DNA of 64,000 nucleotides from Spirochaetia bacterium. GTDB lineage: Bacteria > Spirochaetota > Spirochaetia > SZUA-6 > Bin103. Made by a program: the position numbers and the translations under genes. The notes beneath the pieces were generated by a model, which saw only the letters and a list, made by a program, of their open reading frames with translations, was not told where the DNA came from and ran no database searches. Position 1 is the first letter of the stretch; the number at the start of each line of letters is the position of its first letter. The DNA lies in the NCBI GenBank assembly GCA_965203515.1, contig OZ241907.1, forward strand, positions 2,048,001-2,112,000. Direction: 5' to 3'. Positions 19,334 to 29,963 of this stretch are shown here, piece after piece.

Positions 19334-22291
19334 ATGGCAGACCCTGAAACCGGCCCTGAGACCGTTTTGGCGCTCGCGTCCCAGGCGCCCGGGTTCGATG
19401 CGTTGCGCCCGCACCGCCCGGATCAGGCCGAAGCGGGCATCGACCGGCTGCGCGACACGGCTGCCCGCCAAGGGCGGGACGCGCTCGGCGCGGCGCTCGA
19501 CACGCAGGCCGGCAGGACCTTCTTCTCGTTCCTGTTCGGCAACAGCCCGCACCTGAGCCTCCTGCTGCAGCGCGACCCGGAGTTCACCCAGTCGCTCGTC
19601 GAGGAGACGCCGGACGCCCTCACCGATCGCGTGCGCGGCGAACTTGCCGGCGCGGACCCGGCCATGGACCGCGACCGGCTGATGACCTTCCTGCGCCGCC
19701 GGCGCAACCGCGTGGCCGTGATCGCCGCGGTGTACGACTGCTTCGGCATCCGCGGCGTCATGGATTGCGCGGAGCTGCTCTCCGACATGGCGGATCACGC
19801 GGTGCGTCTGACCGCGTCCCACCTGCTCCTCGACCGGGTCCAACGGGGCGACCTGGAGCCGCCGGCCGGGGAGCGGTGGGGATACTTCGTCCTGGCGATG
19901 GGCAAGCACGGCTCGCGCGAGCTGAACTACTCGTCCGACATCGACCTGATCGTCATGTACGACCCGGAAGCGGTCCGCTACACCGGCCGCAGGACCCTGA
20001 GCGACTGCTTCGTGCGCGTCACACAGGATCTGGTCCGCATCCTGCAGACCCGCACCGGCGACGGCTACGTCTTCCGCACCGACCTGCGGCTCCGCCCCGA
20101 TCCATCGTCGACCCCGGTCGCCATCACCGTCGACTTCGCCATGAATTACTACCAGCGCTTCGGGCGCACCTGGGAGCGGACCGCGCTGATCAAGGCCCGG
20201 CCGGTCGCCGGCGACCTGACGGCCGGCGCGGCGTTCATGGAACGGCTCTCGCCGTTCATCTGGGACGAGGGGCTGGACTTCACCTCGGTGGAGGAAATCC
20301 GCTCCATGAGCCAGCAGATCCACGACTTCCACGGCCATGGAGCGGTCCGGGCACCCGGCCATAACGTGAAGCTCGGCCGCGGCGGCATCCGCGAGATCGA
20401 GTTCTTCGTACACATGCATCAGTTGGCGTACGGGGGCCGCAACCGCCGCCTGCGCGGCCCTCGCCTCCTTGCCATGCTGGAGACGCTCGACCGCGAGCAC
20501 CACATCATGCCGCGCGAGACGGCCGCCCTGCGCGACTCGTACCTGCTGTTGCGGCGGGTCGAGCACCGCCTGCAGATGGTCAACGACGCCCAGACCCAGA
20601 AGCTTCCGGAGTCCGACGAAGGACTGGAGCACGTCGCCGCCTTCCTCGGGCTCGACTCGAAGGACGATCTGGTCGGCCGGATCGAGCGCACCGCCGCGGA
20701 GGTCCACGACCTCTATCGCACGCGGTTCAACCCCCCGGAGACCGAGCAGGACATCACGGCCGCGATCCTGGAGGGACCGGACGAGAATCCGGACGCGGTC
20801 GCCAAGCTGGAGGCGGCCGGATTCACGCAGGCGCTCACCGCCATCGAGACCTTCCGGGGATGGGCCGAAGGACGCCACGCGTCGACCGGCTCGGAACGGG
20901 CGCGCGCCATCATCCGGGAGATACTGCACGAGATCGTCGACGCCGTAGGCAAGACGCCCGACCCGGACCGCGCCCTGGACCGCATGGACCGCTTCCTGGC
21001 GACCCTGCCGGAGGACATCTCGTTCTTCTCCATGCTCAGGGCCAACACGTGGCTCCTCAACCTCATCGCCGTCGTGATGGGCAGCGCGCCGCGCATGGCC
21101 GATATCCTGGGAGCCAACCCGCGGCTCCTGCAGGCCGTGCTGGACCCCTCGTTCTTTCTGCCGCTCCCCGGCAGAGAGCGGTTGGCGCAGGACCTCGACG
21201 AGCGCCTGGAGGGCCGGCGGGATGCCGCGGCGCGGGTCGAGCAGGTGACCGCCTGGGCCGGCGACCGCCGGTTCCAGGTCGGCGTCCAGACGCTGCAGAA
21301 TCTCGTTACGGTCGACGAGGCGTCCACCTCTCTGTCGGACGTCGCCGCCGTGGTCATCGACGTGCTGTTCCGCGATGCGATCGCCGGGTTGCAGGAGCGT
21401 CACGGGCCGGCGCCGGGCGGCGGCTGCGCGGTGGTGGCCCTGGGCAAGCTCGGCGCCGCCGAGATGACGTTCGAGTCCGACCTGGACCTGCGGTTCGTGG
21501 CCGAACTCGGCGCGGACGGACAGACCGCCGGCCCGCAGCCGATCGACGCGCGGAGCTTCTACCGGCGCGCGGCCGGGGAGCTGGTCGCGCACCTGCGGAG
21601 CCGCTCCACGTACGGCCAGCTCTATGAGGTGACGAGCGCCGGCGCCCCTCCGGGCGGCGGCGAGCCGGCCGTCGACACCCTCGACGAGTTCCGCGACCGC
21701 TACGCCGCGGCGCCGACCCCGGACCTGATGGCGCTGACGCGGGCCGGCGTCCTGTGCGGCGACGCGGCCGCGGTCGAAGCGGTTGCGGCCGCAATCAAGG
21801 GAGCGCTCGCCCGCTCCCGGGATCCCGGACCGTTGCTGCAGGAGGTGGCCGGCCGGCGAGCGGAGACCGCCGCCGCGCATCGATCCGGCGATCCGTTCGA
21901 TCTGCAGCACGCGCACGGGGGCTTGGCGGACCTGGAGTCCTGCGCCCAATACCTGCAACTGCGGCACGCGCACGAGTCCCCGCAGGTGCTGGCGCGAGCG
22001 ACGGCGGCCTGCTTCGAGGCGCTGGGCAGCGCCGGCGTCCTGCCGGAAGACGAGGCGCGTCTCCTGGCCGCGGCGGTGCGGATGCAGCGCACCCTGCAGG
22101 CGATGCTCCGCCTGACGTGGCGCCGGGACGCTCCGGTGCGGGACGCCCCGGAACCGTTGCGACAGAAGCTGGCCGCAGCCCTCGAATGCGACCGGTTCAA
22201 GGCGCTGGAGGCAAAGCTGCGCGGCACGCAGGCGGCGGCGTTCAAGGTCTTCCGGCGCCGCGTCGGCCCGCCGGCAACGCCGGAAGCCTGA
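19334..22291 (+). CDS. glnE: Glutamine synthetase adenylyltransferase/adenylyl-removing enzyme; C-terminal NT domain degenerate
   Basis: MGKHGSRELNYSSDIDL, FRTDLRLRPDP, WERTALIKAR, NVKLGRGGIREIEF; second domain GKLG..EMTFESDLDL. Confidence 0.9.
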   Translation: MADPETGPETVLALASQAPGFDALRPHRPDQAEAGIDRLRDTAARQGRDALGAALDTQAGRTFFSFLFGNSPHLSLLLQRDPEFTQSLVEETPDALTDRVRGELAGADPAMDRDRLMTFLRRRRNRVAVIAAVYDCFGIRGVMDCAELLSDMADHAVRLTASHLLLDRVQRGDLEPPAGERWGYFVLAMGKHGSRELNYSSDIDLIVMYDPEAVRYTGRRTLSDCFVRVTQDLVRILQTRTGDGYVFRTDLRLRPDPSSTPVAITVDFAMNYYQRFGRTWERTALIKARPVAGDLTAGAAFMERLSPFIWDEGLDFTSVEEIRSMSQQIHDFHGHGAVRAPGHNVKLGRGGIREIEFFVHMHQLAYGGRNRRLRGPRLLAMLETLDREHHIMPRETAALRDSYLLLRRVEHRLQMVNDAQTQKLPESDEGLEHVAAFLGLDSKDDLVGRIERTAAEVHDLYRTRFNPPETEQDITAAILEGPDENPDAVAKLEAAGFTQALTAIETFRGWAEGRHASTGSERARAIIREILHEIVDAVGKTPDPDRALDRMDRFLATLPEDISFFSMLRANTWLLNLIAVVMGSAPRMADILGANPRLLQAVLDPSFFLPLPGRERLAQDLDERLEGRRDAAARVEQVTAWAGDRRFQVGVQTLQNLVTVDEASTSLSDVAAVVIDVLFRDAIAGLQERHGPAPGGGCAVVALGKLGAAEMTFESDLDLRFVAELGADGQTAGPQPIDARSFYRRAAGELVAHLRSRSTYGQLYEVTSAGAPPGGGEPAVDTLDEFRDRYAAAPTPDLMALTRAGVLCGDAAAVEAVAAAIKGALARSRDPGPLLQEVAGRRAETAAAHRSGDPFDLQHAHGGLADLESCAQYLQLRHAHESPQVLARATAACFEALGSAGVLPEDEARLLAAAVRMQRTLQAMLRLTWRRDAPVRDAPEPLRQKLAAALECDRFKALEAKLRGTQAAAFKVFRRRVGPPATPEA

Positions 22292-22324
22292 CCGCCGGGG
22301 CCGCTCGCCTCAAAACCCGGCCGA

Positions 22325-23140
22325 TCAGACCGGCGCCGCTTCCGTTCCCGCGAAGCTCGGCAGCCGGCCCGCCAGAGCGCGCATGCGTGCGCTGGGGTGA
22401 CGCGCCAGCGACTCGTTGGCGGCGCGTATGCCGCGTTCACGGCGCACCACGGCGCGGTGACGCTCGGTGCGGGGCATGGAGACGAACTTGAGAATGATCG
22501 CCCGCCGCGGCCGGACCTTTCCGTAGACCGAGTGAAACAGCCAGTTGTTGAAGAACACCACGTCGCCCGGATCGGTCTCGATGGCATGGGCGGGAACGTC
22601 TGCGCCGCTCCGGCCGAAGTACCTGCGGCTGCCGCCGGGCGCGGACGCATCGTTGAACGGCAGCAGCGACTCGTGCAGCAGCGAGCGGTGCGACCCCGGG
22701 ATGACGCGCAGCGCACCGGTGTCCGCGCGCAACGGATCCAGATAGAGCATCACCTTGAGCCGGAACGGCGCCGTCTGCTCCGGGAGCCAGCCGCCGTCCG
22801 CGTGCCAGTCGTGATCGGCCAAGCTGTCGTCGAAGCTCCACATGCATTCGGAACCGGACCACAGCACGTCGTCGCCGAGCAGGTCGCAGACCGCCAGGTA
22901 GACGCGGTCGTCGGCGACCAGATCGGTCAGCGCGCGGCTTCGTTCCACGAACCGGGGCTTCCACACCACGTCGCCGCCGCCCGGAGCGTGGCCCAGGAAA
23001 TCCGCGCAGACCGACTCCAGTTCGCGGACCGCCGCGGCGACCTCGGCGGAGCCGAAGGCTCCCCGGCGTATCACGAACCCCAGCGCGTCGAACTGCGCGA
23101 CCTCATCCGTGGTGAGGAACCGCGGCGCGTGCCGTTCCAT
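22325..23140 (-). CDS. Phytanoyl-CoA dioxygenase (PhyH) family protein
   Basis: FDALGF, WHAD, GALRVIPGSH, PGDVVFFN..LFH, RR motifs. Confidence 0.88.
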   Translation of the reverse strand: MERHAPRFLTTDEVAQFDALGFVIRRGAFGSAEVAAAVRELESVCADFLGHAPGGGDVVWKPRFVERSRALTDLVADDRVYLAVCDLLGDDVLWSGSECMWSFDDSLADHDWHADGGWLPEQTAPFRLKVMLYLDPLRADTGALRVIPGSHRSLLHESLLPFNDASAPGGSRRYFGRSGADVPAHAIETDPGDVVFFNNWLFHSVYGKVRPRRAIILKFVSMPRTERHRAVVRRERGIRAANESLARHPSARMRALAGRLPSFAGTEAAPV

Positions 23141-23151
23141 GCCGCAGTCTC

Positions 23152-23577
23152 TCACGCGGCGCCACCCCCGTGCTCGCGCCACGCCTGCCGGGCCGCTTCG
23201 AGCTGCTCCATCAGCACCCGCCGCGAGTGTTCGTCGGCGAACACCGGCGCGCGGGCGAAGTAGCGCAGCAGGTCGTCGATCCCCTTGAGCGACCGCCGCC
23301 GGGCCTGCGCCTCCAGCCGGGCGATGCGCCGCTCGATCGCCGCCGGCTCCGGACCGCCGGACGCCTGCAGCGCGTCGATCCGCTCGAAGTAGGGCCGGGT
23401 CCATGCCTCCGGCGCCTGGCCGGTGGTGGTGATGTATTCGGCGTGGTGATGCCGCTCGTCGATCACGCGGCCGAGCACCTTGCCGATGATCACCGCGCCC
23501 CAGCGGACGCCGAGCGTGAACAGGGCGACCACGGCCACGAAGGCGAGCAGGACCGGCAGCATGGCGAGCCCTATCAT
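23152..23577 (-). CDS. Hypothetical membrane-anchored protein
   Basis: N-terminal TM helix followed by a helical domain; fills the gap upstream of the PhyH gene. Confidence 0.65.
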   Translation of the reverse strand: MIGLAMLPVLLAFVAVVALFTLGVRWGAVIIGKVLGRVIDERHHHAEYITTTGQAPEAWTRPYFERIDALQASGGPEPAAIERRIARLEAQARRRSLKGIDDLLRYFARAPVFADEHSRRVLMEQLEAARQAWREHGGGAA

Positions 23578-23631
23578 AACCGGTCCGGCGGGTTGACCTG
23601 GACGCGCCGGCCGCGCACACTGAGGCATCCC

Positions 23632-24699
23632 GTGAAGAACGCCGACCAGACTCCGGTGCTGGAGCTCAAGGACCTCAGGACCCACTTCTCGCTCGATGAA
23701 GGCACCCTGAAGGCGGTCGACGGGGTCAGCCTGACCGTCCGTCAGGGCCAGACGCTCGGCATCATCGGCGAAAGCGGCTGCGGCAAGAGCGTGACGGCGC
23801 AGTCGGTACTGCGCATCGTCCCCACGCCGGGACGCATCGTGTCCGGTCAGATCCTGCTGCACCGCGACGGCGAGGAGTCGGTTGACCTGGCCGACATGGA
23901 CCCGTTCGGTCGATCGGTACGCGCCATCCGCGGCAAGGAGATCTCGATGATCTTCCAGGAGCCGATGACCAGCCTGTCGCCGGTGCACACGATCGGCAAT
24001 CAGATCGAGGAAGCGATCCTCCTGCACAAGACCGACGACAAGCGCGAAGCGCGCACGCAGGCGGTCGACATGCTCGACAGGGTCGGCATCCCGAACCCGT
24101 CGCAGCGCATCGACGAATATCCTCACCAGCTGTCCGGCGGCCTGCGCCAGCGCGCGATGATCGCCATGGCGCTCTCCTGCAATCCCAAGCTGCTGATCGC
24201 CGACGAGCCGACCACCGCCCTCGACGTCACCGTCCAGGCGCAGATCCTCGATCTGATGGCCCACCTCCAGGAAGAGTTCGGCATGGCGATCCTGTACATC
24301 ACCCACGATCTGGGCGTCATCGCCGAGATCGCCGCCGACGTCGCGGTGATGTATCTGGGGCGCGTGGTCGAGCACGCCGAGACCAGGGAGCTCTTTCGCA
24401 ACCCGCTCCACCCGTACACGCGGCTGCTGCTGAAGTCGATCCCGCGCATGGGCAAGGACGCCAAGAAGCGCCTGGAGGCGATCGAGGGCACCGTGCCGAT
24501 CCCGCTCGATCCGCCGCGCCAGTGCGGCTTCTTCAGCCGCTGTCCCGATGCGATCGCCGGCACCTGCGATCTGGAGGTGCCGGGCCTGGTCGAGGTGTCA
24601 CCCGGCCACTCGGTGCGCTGCTACCTGCACAGCGAACAGACGGAACCCCACATCGACCCGCCGGCGCAAACCCGGCGAGCGTCAGGAGCGGCGCGATGA
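23632..24699 (+). CDS. Oligopeptide/dipeptide ABC ATP-binding protein (OppD/DppD)
   Basis: [30 protein letters not shown]-terminal Cys cluster. Confidence 0.95.
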   Translation: MKNADQTPVLELKDLRTHFSLDEGTLKAVDGVSLTVRQGQTLGIIGESGCGKSVTAQSVLRIVPTPGRIVSGQILLHRDGEESVDLADMDPFGRSVRAIRGKEISMIFQEPMTSLSPVHTIGNQIEEAILLHKTDDKREARTQAVDMLDRVGIPNPSQRIDEYPHQLSGGLRQRAMIAMALSCNPKLLIADEPTTALDVTVQAQILDLMAHLQEEFGMAILYITHDLGVIAEIAADVAVMYLGRVVEHAETRELFRNPLHPYTRLLLKSIPRMGKDAKKRLEAIEGTVPIPLDPPRQCGFFSRCPDAIAGTCDLEVPGLVEVSPGHSVRCYLHSEQTEPHIDPPAQTRRASGAAR

Positions 24700-25775
24700 G
24701 CGATACCGACAGCCGCGGCAGCCCGGAGTCGGCTGCCGCCACCGGCGCACGACCGGCGGCGAACGGCGCCCGCCGGCTCCTGCAGGTCGACCAGCTGCGC
24801 AAGTACTTCCCGATCGAGAAGGGGTTTCTGCGCCGCGTCACCGGTCACGTCAAGGCGGTCGACCGGATCAATCTCTTCATCAACGAGGGGGAGACGCTCG
24901 GCCTGGTCGGCGAGTCCGGGTGCGGCAAGACGACTCTGGGCCGGTGCATCCTGCGCGCCATCGAGCCGACCGACGGCTCGATCAACTTCCAGTTCCAGGC
25001 ATCCGACGCGCCGGTCGACATCACCAAGCTCGACAAGAATCGGCTGCGGCAGATCCGGCGCCACATGCAGATGGTCTTCCAGGACCCGTACTCGTCGCTG
25101 GATCCGCGCATGACCGTGCTCGACATCGTCGCCGAGCCGATAGTCGCCAACAGTCTGGCGCGCGGCCGCGAGCTGGAGGAGCGGGTCAAGGAGCTGGTGC
25201 GCATCGTCGGCCTGGAAGTCAAGCACCTCAAGCGCTATCCGCACGCCTTCTCCGGCGGCCAGCGGCAGCGTATCGGCATCGCCCGCGCGCTCGCGCCGCA
25301 GCCGGAGTTCATCGTCTGCGACGAGGCGGTCTCCGCGCTCGACGTCTCGATCCAGGCGCAGATACTCAACCTGCTGGAGGACCTGCAGGCGGAGTTCAAC
25401 CTCACCTATCTGTTCATCGCCCACGACCTCAGCGTCATCGAGCACATCTCCGACCGGGTCGGCGTGATGTACGTCGGCAAGATGGTGGAGCTGGCCGAGA
25501 CCAACGAGCTGTTCGGCAACCCCAAGCATCCGTACACGGAAGCGCTGCTGTCAGCCGTGCCGCAACCGGACCCGGAGACGCACATGGACCGCATCATCCT
25601 GCCGGGAGAGGTGGCCAATCCCGCCGATCCGCCGTCCGGGTGCTACTTCCACCCGCGCTGCCTGTACGCCAAGGAGACCTGCCGCACCACGGAGCCGGCC
25701 TGGGAGGAGGTGGCGCCCAACCACTTTGCCGCCTGCCACTTCGCCAAGGAGCTTGCCCTCAAGGGCGTGCATTGA
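24696..25775 (+). CDS. Oligopeptide/dipeptide ABC ATP-binding protein (OppF/DppF)
   Basis: [35 protein letters not shown] overlap. Confidence 0.95.
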   Translation: MSDTDSRGSPESAAATGARPAANGARRLLQVDQLRKYFPIEKGFLRRVTGHVKAVDRINLFINEGETLGLVGESGCGKTTLGRCILRAIEPTDGSINFQFQASDAPVDITKLDKNRLRQIRRHMQMVFQDPYSSLDPRMTVLDIVAEPIVANSLARGRELEERVKELVRIVGLEVKHLKRYPHAFSGGQRQRIGIARALAPQPEFIVCDEAVSALDVSIQAQILNLLEDLQAEFNLTYLFIAHDLSVIEHISDRVGVMYVGKMVELAETNELFGNPKHPYTEALLSAVPQPDPETHMDRIILPGEVANPADPPSGCYFHPRCLYAKETCRTTEPAWEEVAPNHFAACHFAKELALKGVH

Positions 25776-25806
25776 CGCGCGCATCCCGGTAGAACTCCCG
25801 TAGACG

Positions 25807-25840
25807 AAAAGAGAGCGGCGAAGACTCGCCGCTCTCTTTA
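25807..25840. terminator. Bidirectional intrinsic terminator
   Basis: AAAGAGAGCGGCGA-AGAC-TCGCCGCTCTCTTT between convergent genes. Confidence 0.85.
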
Positions 25841-25902
25841 ATTCATCCGCCCTGCGGGCGCCGGAACGGCGCCGGGGTTGCGCGAGGGCTACTGCCCCAG
25901 CG

Positions 25903-27645
25903 CTACTGCCCCAGCGCCTCCTCGACCGAGATCAGGCCGGCCTTGAAGTCCGGAATGTTGTAGCTGAGCTTGTGCAGCTCATCCAGCAGGCGCTGCGCGC
26001 CGGCGTTCAGGTACTTCTCGACGTAGGCGTCCCACTCGGCGTCGACGTCGAAGTCGGCGTTGGTCATGGCCTTGAAGTAGAACTCGTCGCGGATCGTCCA
26101 GAGCGCGGCGGTCACCTCGCCGGCGATCGCCGTGTAGTCGGTCTGATTGAAGACGTCTTCCCGGTACGGCGGCAACGAGAATTGCTGGCCGGGGCCGGTG
26201 AAGTAGTGGTCGATCCACGCCTGATGGTCGTCATTCCGCGCGCGCGCGATCGCGTACCGGGCCGGAAAGGTCTGGTGCGTGAAGTAGTGGCCGCCGACGT
26301 TCTCGAACGTCCAGCCCTCCAGCGCCCGCCGGGGCGAGTTGGCCAGGGCGATCGGGCTGGAGCGATCGGGTTCGCCGTCCCACTCCCAATGCACGCCCTC
26401 CAGGCCGCCCGGACTCGACGCCAGGATGCGGCCCTCCGGGTCGAAGTTGACGTAGTCGTAGATCTGCAACAGACGCCGCAGCTTCTCATCCGACACGTTG
26501 CGGTTGACGGTATAGGCGACCACCCGGCTGCCGAACGGCAGCGCCGCGTTGTTGTACTTGGTGCGGTAGGTGCCGTTGTGGCTGAGGCCGGTAAAGGCCA
26601 TCCACTTGGCGCCGTCTTCGCGCACCGCGGTGTGTCCCTGTCCCTGGCCGGTGCCGTCGCCCCAGCTCCAACCGGTCGGGGCGCAGGTGGTGCAGATGCC
26701 GTAGACGCCGGAGGCGATGCGGTCCTTCGACTGCTGAAAGTTCACGGCCGGCAGCTCCTGGTCGATGTAACCCTCCGCGTACCACTTCTGCAGCCGCTTG
26801 GTCGCATCCCGGAAGCACGGACAGTTGCCGTCCATCACCAGCTCGCCGCCGTACGGGGGCACGGTGTCGCCGTCGTAGTCGTAGCTGGCCTTGTTGTTGA
26901 GCCCGTAGGCGTACAGGACCAGCGACCCGCGGAACATGAATGCCTGCGTCTGGTCGCCGGTGAACCCGTACGGGACCCGCACCCGGCCGTCGTCGAAGCC
27001 GAGCCGGTCGCGGAACGCCGCCAGCACCGACTCGAACTCGTCGATGTCGTAGACGTCGGGGGCCCAATAGAAGGTGTCGGGCTTGTTGTCCGGGCTCTGG
27101 TCGACCGTATCGAAGAAATCGGTCATGCCGACCCGTTCCAGCCAGTCGTAGCGCAGGTAGTGCTGGGCGCCGTTGCCCTCCTTGCCGAACTGCTGCTGGA
27201 AGCGCGGAATCGCCCAGTACTCGTCGGTCATGCCGGGGGCCAGGAAGTAGGCCCAGCCGGCCGCGCCGATCTCGTTCATGGCGTCGACGTAGTGCGGCAT
27301 CTCCTCTTCGATCATGCTGCGCGGAATGGAGCGGTAGGCGCCTTCCATGTACTTCTGATCGTGGAAGTTCCAGACGTACCAGGCATCCGGATGCTCGCCC
27401 GACGCCACCAGCAGATTGTGCTTCTCCCGATCGTTCTGGTGGTAGCGGATCGTGTCGATCTCGACGTTGAACCGCTCCTCCAGGAGCTGCTCGATCACCG
27501 TGTTCTCGCCGACGTTGGCCCCGCCGACGCCGGCCCAGGTAATCGGCATCGGCCCGCTGGCGGCCATCTCCGCCTCTCCGGCCGCGAACAGCGCGGCTGC
27601 CGGCAGCAGCAGTGCGAGCAGGACTATCGATAGCTTTCTCATCAT
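25903..27645 (-). CDS. Extracellular solute-binding protein (LplA-like)
   Basis: AAGGAG RBS; leader MRKLSIVLLALLLPAAALFAAGEAE; LEERFNVEI, LVASGEHPD, RYDWLERVG, WDAYV. Confidence 0.85.
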   Translation of the reverse strand: MMRKLSIVLLALLLPAAALFAAGEAEMAASGPMPITWAGVGGANVGENTVIEQLLEERFNVEIDTIRYHQNDREKHNLLVASGEHPDAWYVWNFHDQKYMEGAYRSIPRSMIEEEMPHYVDAMNEIGAAGWAYFLAPGMTDEYWAIPRFQQQFGKEGNGAQHYLRYDWLERVGMTDFFDTVDQSPDNKPDTFYWAPDVYDIDEFESVLAAFRDRLGFDDGRVRVPYGFTGDQTQAFMFRGSLVLYAYGLNNKASYDYDGDTVPPYGGELVMDGNCPCFRDATKRLQKWYAEGYIDQELPAVNFQQSKDRIASGVYGICTTCAPTGWSWGDGTGQGQGHTAVREDGAKWMAFTGLSHNGTYRTKYNNAALPFGSRVVAYTVNRNVSDEKLRRLLQIYDYVNFDPEGRILASSPGGLEGVHWEWDGEPDRSSPIALANSPRRALEGWTFENVGGHYFTHQTFPARYAIARARNDDHQAWIDHYFTGPGQQFSLPPYREDVFNQTDYTAIAGEVTAALWTIRDEFYFKAMTNADFDVDAEWDAYVEKYLNAGAQRLLDELHKLSYNIPDFKAGLISVEEALGQ

Positions 27646-27752
27646 CACTCCTTTGGTGCTGAATGGCCGGGACGCGGTCGGACCCGGCGATGTTGCCGCG
27701 ATCATACCCCCTGGCGCGCGCCGCGTCACCACCGGGCGACCCGCGCGGAGCG

Positions 27753-28826
27753 CTACAGGCGGCCGATCTCGGCCAGCGTCTCCCACAGGTCGAGCTGATC
27801 GACCGCATGGTGCCGGTAGACCCCGGCCCCGTCGGCGCCCGCTGCCAGCGCGCGGCGCGCTCCGGCCAGCAGCAGGCCCGGTTCCTGGAAGCTGCCGGCG
27901 TGGTAGCAGGAGAGCTCGACGTAGAGCGGCACGCGGCCGGCCGCCACGCGCGCGGCATGGCCGACGCGGCGTTCGACCGCGTCCGGGTCGCTCTCCGTGC
28001 GAAACCACAGGTAGAGCTCGTCGAGCACGCCCCGCTCCACCCAGGCCGGCCAGTCGAGCAGCCCGTGCAGGTACCGGTCCGCTTCGCGGGCGATGATGGT
28101 GGCCGAGAAGACCGCCCGCGAGGAGCGCGCCTTGACCAGCGCGCGCGCCTCGACCAGCGTCTCGGTCACGTAGCCGGCCCGGAACGCCAGCCACTCGGGG
28201 TCGTCGGCGGGAAGCCGGCGCGCGTCGCGGCCGGAGGCCTGCCGGAATTCCTCCACCGTGCGCTCCTCGTACCCGGCCGGCACCAGCCCGCCGGCGTCCT
28301 CCAGGCCGTTCACGAACTCCACCTGCACGCCGTCCGCGCCGGTATCGGCCAGCGCCCCGGCGATCTCCGCCGCCTGCCGTCGGCGCACTTCGGGAAACGC
28401 GGGGCTGAGGCACAGACGGTCGCAGAAGCTGAGCGTATCGGCGCCGTCGGCGGTCCTGGATCGGTACTCGGGGTGCGCGGCCGCGAACGGACCGATGCTC
28501 GGCTCGCCGCGGTGCGGGCCGACCAGGATCGGCCGGTGGCGGTCCAGGACCGCGCGCGCCGCCGGCGAGCGCGGGTCGATCCCCAGGTAGTTGAGCGACC
28601 ACGTGTATGAGACCGGCCGCTGGCCGTGCGTCGGGAACGGCGTACAGGCCACGTAGGGGTGGACCTCCAGGCCGCGGTTCCGCGCCAGGCGGACCACGTC
28701 GGGCGCGCGCGGGCCGATCAGCCGGGTAACGCCGGCATCGACCGCGCGATCGACGTAGTACGCAGCGCCCTCGCGGTCGATGATGCCCCACAAGGGGAGC
28801 GGCCGGCTCACCGCGCTTATCCGCAC
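27753..28826 (-). CDS. Putative glycoside hydrolase-like TIM-barrel protein (GHL10/DUF187-like)
   Basis: GLEVHPY, LSPAFPEVR, ADGVQVEF, WLAFRAGYVT, DWPAWVERG. Confidence 0.65.
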   Translation of the reverse strand: MRISAVSRPLPLWGIIDREGAAYYVDRAVDAGVTRLIGPRAPDVVRLARNRGLEVHPYVACTPFPTHGQRPVSYTWSLNYLGIDPRSPAARAVLDRHRPILVGPHRGEPSIGPFAAAHPEYRSRTADGADTLSFCDRLCLSPAFPEVRRRQAAEIAGALADTGADGVQVEFVNGLEDAGGLVPAGYEERTVEEFRQASGRDARRLPADDPEWLAFRAGYVTETLVEARALVKARSSRAVFSATIIAREADRYLHGLLDWPAWVERGVLDELYLWFRTESDPDAVERRVGHAARVAAGRVPLYVELSCYHAGSFQEPGLLLAGARRALAAGADGAGVYRHHAVDQLDLWETLAEIGRL

Positions 28827-28836
28827 ACGGCCCGCG

Positions 28837-29850
28837 CTATCCGCACACGGCGCGAAACACGCGCAGGTGGTTCAGCCCCAGCACGCCGCGGATGACCTGC
28901 TCGTCGTGGCCGCGGGCGGCCATCCCGGCGGTCAGAGCGGGGTATTCGCCGGCGTGCGGGACCACCGTGCCGCCGCCGTCGAAGTCCGATCCCAGACCCA
29001 CGTGCTCCGGCCCCGCCACCGCAAGCGCGTGATCGACGTGGTCGAGCAGCCGGTCCAGGTTCGGCTCGACGGCGGATACGAACTTGGGCACGAAGGTGAG
29101 CGCCACCACGCCGCCGGTGGCGGCCACCGCCTCGATCTGCCGGTCGTCCAGGTTGCGCGGATGGCTGCAGAGCGCGCGGCAGTTGCCGTGCGAGGCGATC
29201 AGCGGCCGATCGGTCTGGGCGATCACGTCCCAGAAGCCCGCGTCGTTGAGGTGGGATACGTCGACCAGGATGCCGAGCCGGTTCAACTCGCGCACCAGCG
29301 CCACGCCGTGGCTGGTGAGGCCACCGCTGGCCGGCTCGTCCGCGCCGGCGGCCGCCCACGACACCGGGTTGTGCGTAATCCCCACGGACCGCAGGCCGAG
29401 CGCGTGCAGGGCGGTCAGGATGTTGAGGCTCCGCTCCAGCCCGTCGGAGTCCTCCAAGGCCAGGATCGCCGCCACCGCCCCGTCCCGCTTCGCGGCCGTG
29501 ACGTCGTCTGCCGTACGCGCGATGCGGAAGCGGTCGTCCTGCGCCATCTCGGCCAGCAGGATGCCGAAGCCGTCCAGGGCGTACGCGGCATGGTTGTTCC
29601 AGGCGCGGGTAACGCAGACGGCGAAGAACGCGGCGTCGATGCCGCCGTCGCGCATGCGCTGCAGGTCGAGTTGCAGGCGCGCCCCTTCGGGCGGGCCGGG
29701 GAACGCTCCCCGAAGCTGCGCGATGGTGCCGGCGCCGGCGTGGCGCGTGGGCCGGACACCCAGTCCGCAGCCGCTCGACACGCTGGCCGCGATCGAGTCG
29801 TTGTGGCTGTCGATGACGAGCGCGTCGCCGTGCAGTGCCAACGGGTCCAT
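28837..29850 (-). CDS. Membrane dipeptidase (peptidase M19)
   Basis: IDSHND, ILVDVSH, IASHGN, HPRNLDD, HVGLGSDFDG. Confidence 0.92.
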   Translation of the reverse strand: MDPLALHGDALVIDSHNDSIAASVSSGCGLGVRPTRHAGAGTIAQLRGAFPGPPEGARLQLDLQRMRDGGIDAAFFAVCVTRAWNNHAAYALDGFGILLAEMAQDDRFRIARTADDVTAAKRDGAVAAILALEDSDGLERSLNILTALHALGLRSVGITHNPVSWAAAGADEPASGGLTSHGVALVRELNRLGILVDVSHLNDAGFWDVIAQTDRPLIASHGNCRALCSHPRNLDDRQIEAVAATGGVVALTFVPKFVSAVEPNLDRLLDHVDHALAVAGPEHVGLGSDFDGGGTVVPHAGEYPALTAGMAARGHDEQVIRGVLGLNHLRVFRAVCG

Positions 29851-29963
29851 GCGCCGATGGTGCCCGGCCGGCCGGGTTTGTTCAAACCGGGGAGCCGGCG
29901 GCTCCGAGCCGCCTGCCCGGCCGCGCTTGCGGCGCGAACCGTGACGAACGATGCTCAGGCGGC

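Noticed and set aside
19274..21973. 899-aa antisense ORF and other long overlapping ORFs (e.g. 47279-49897, 41586-43709, 40219-42066)
   Set aside because: Shadow frames of real genes in high-GC DNA with no recognisable motifs.
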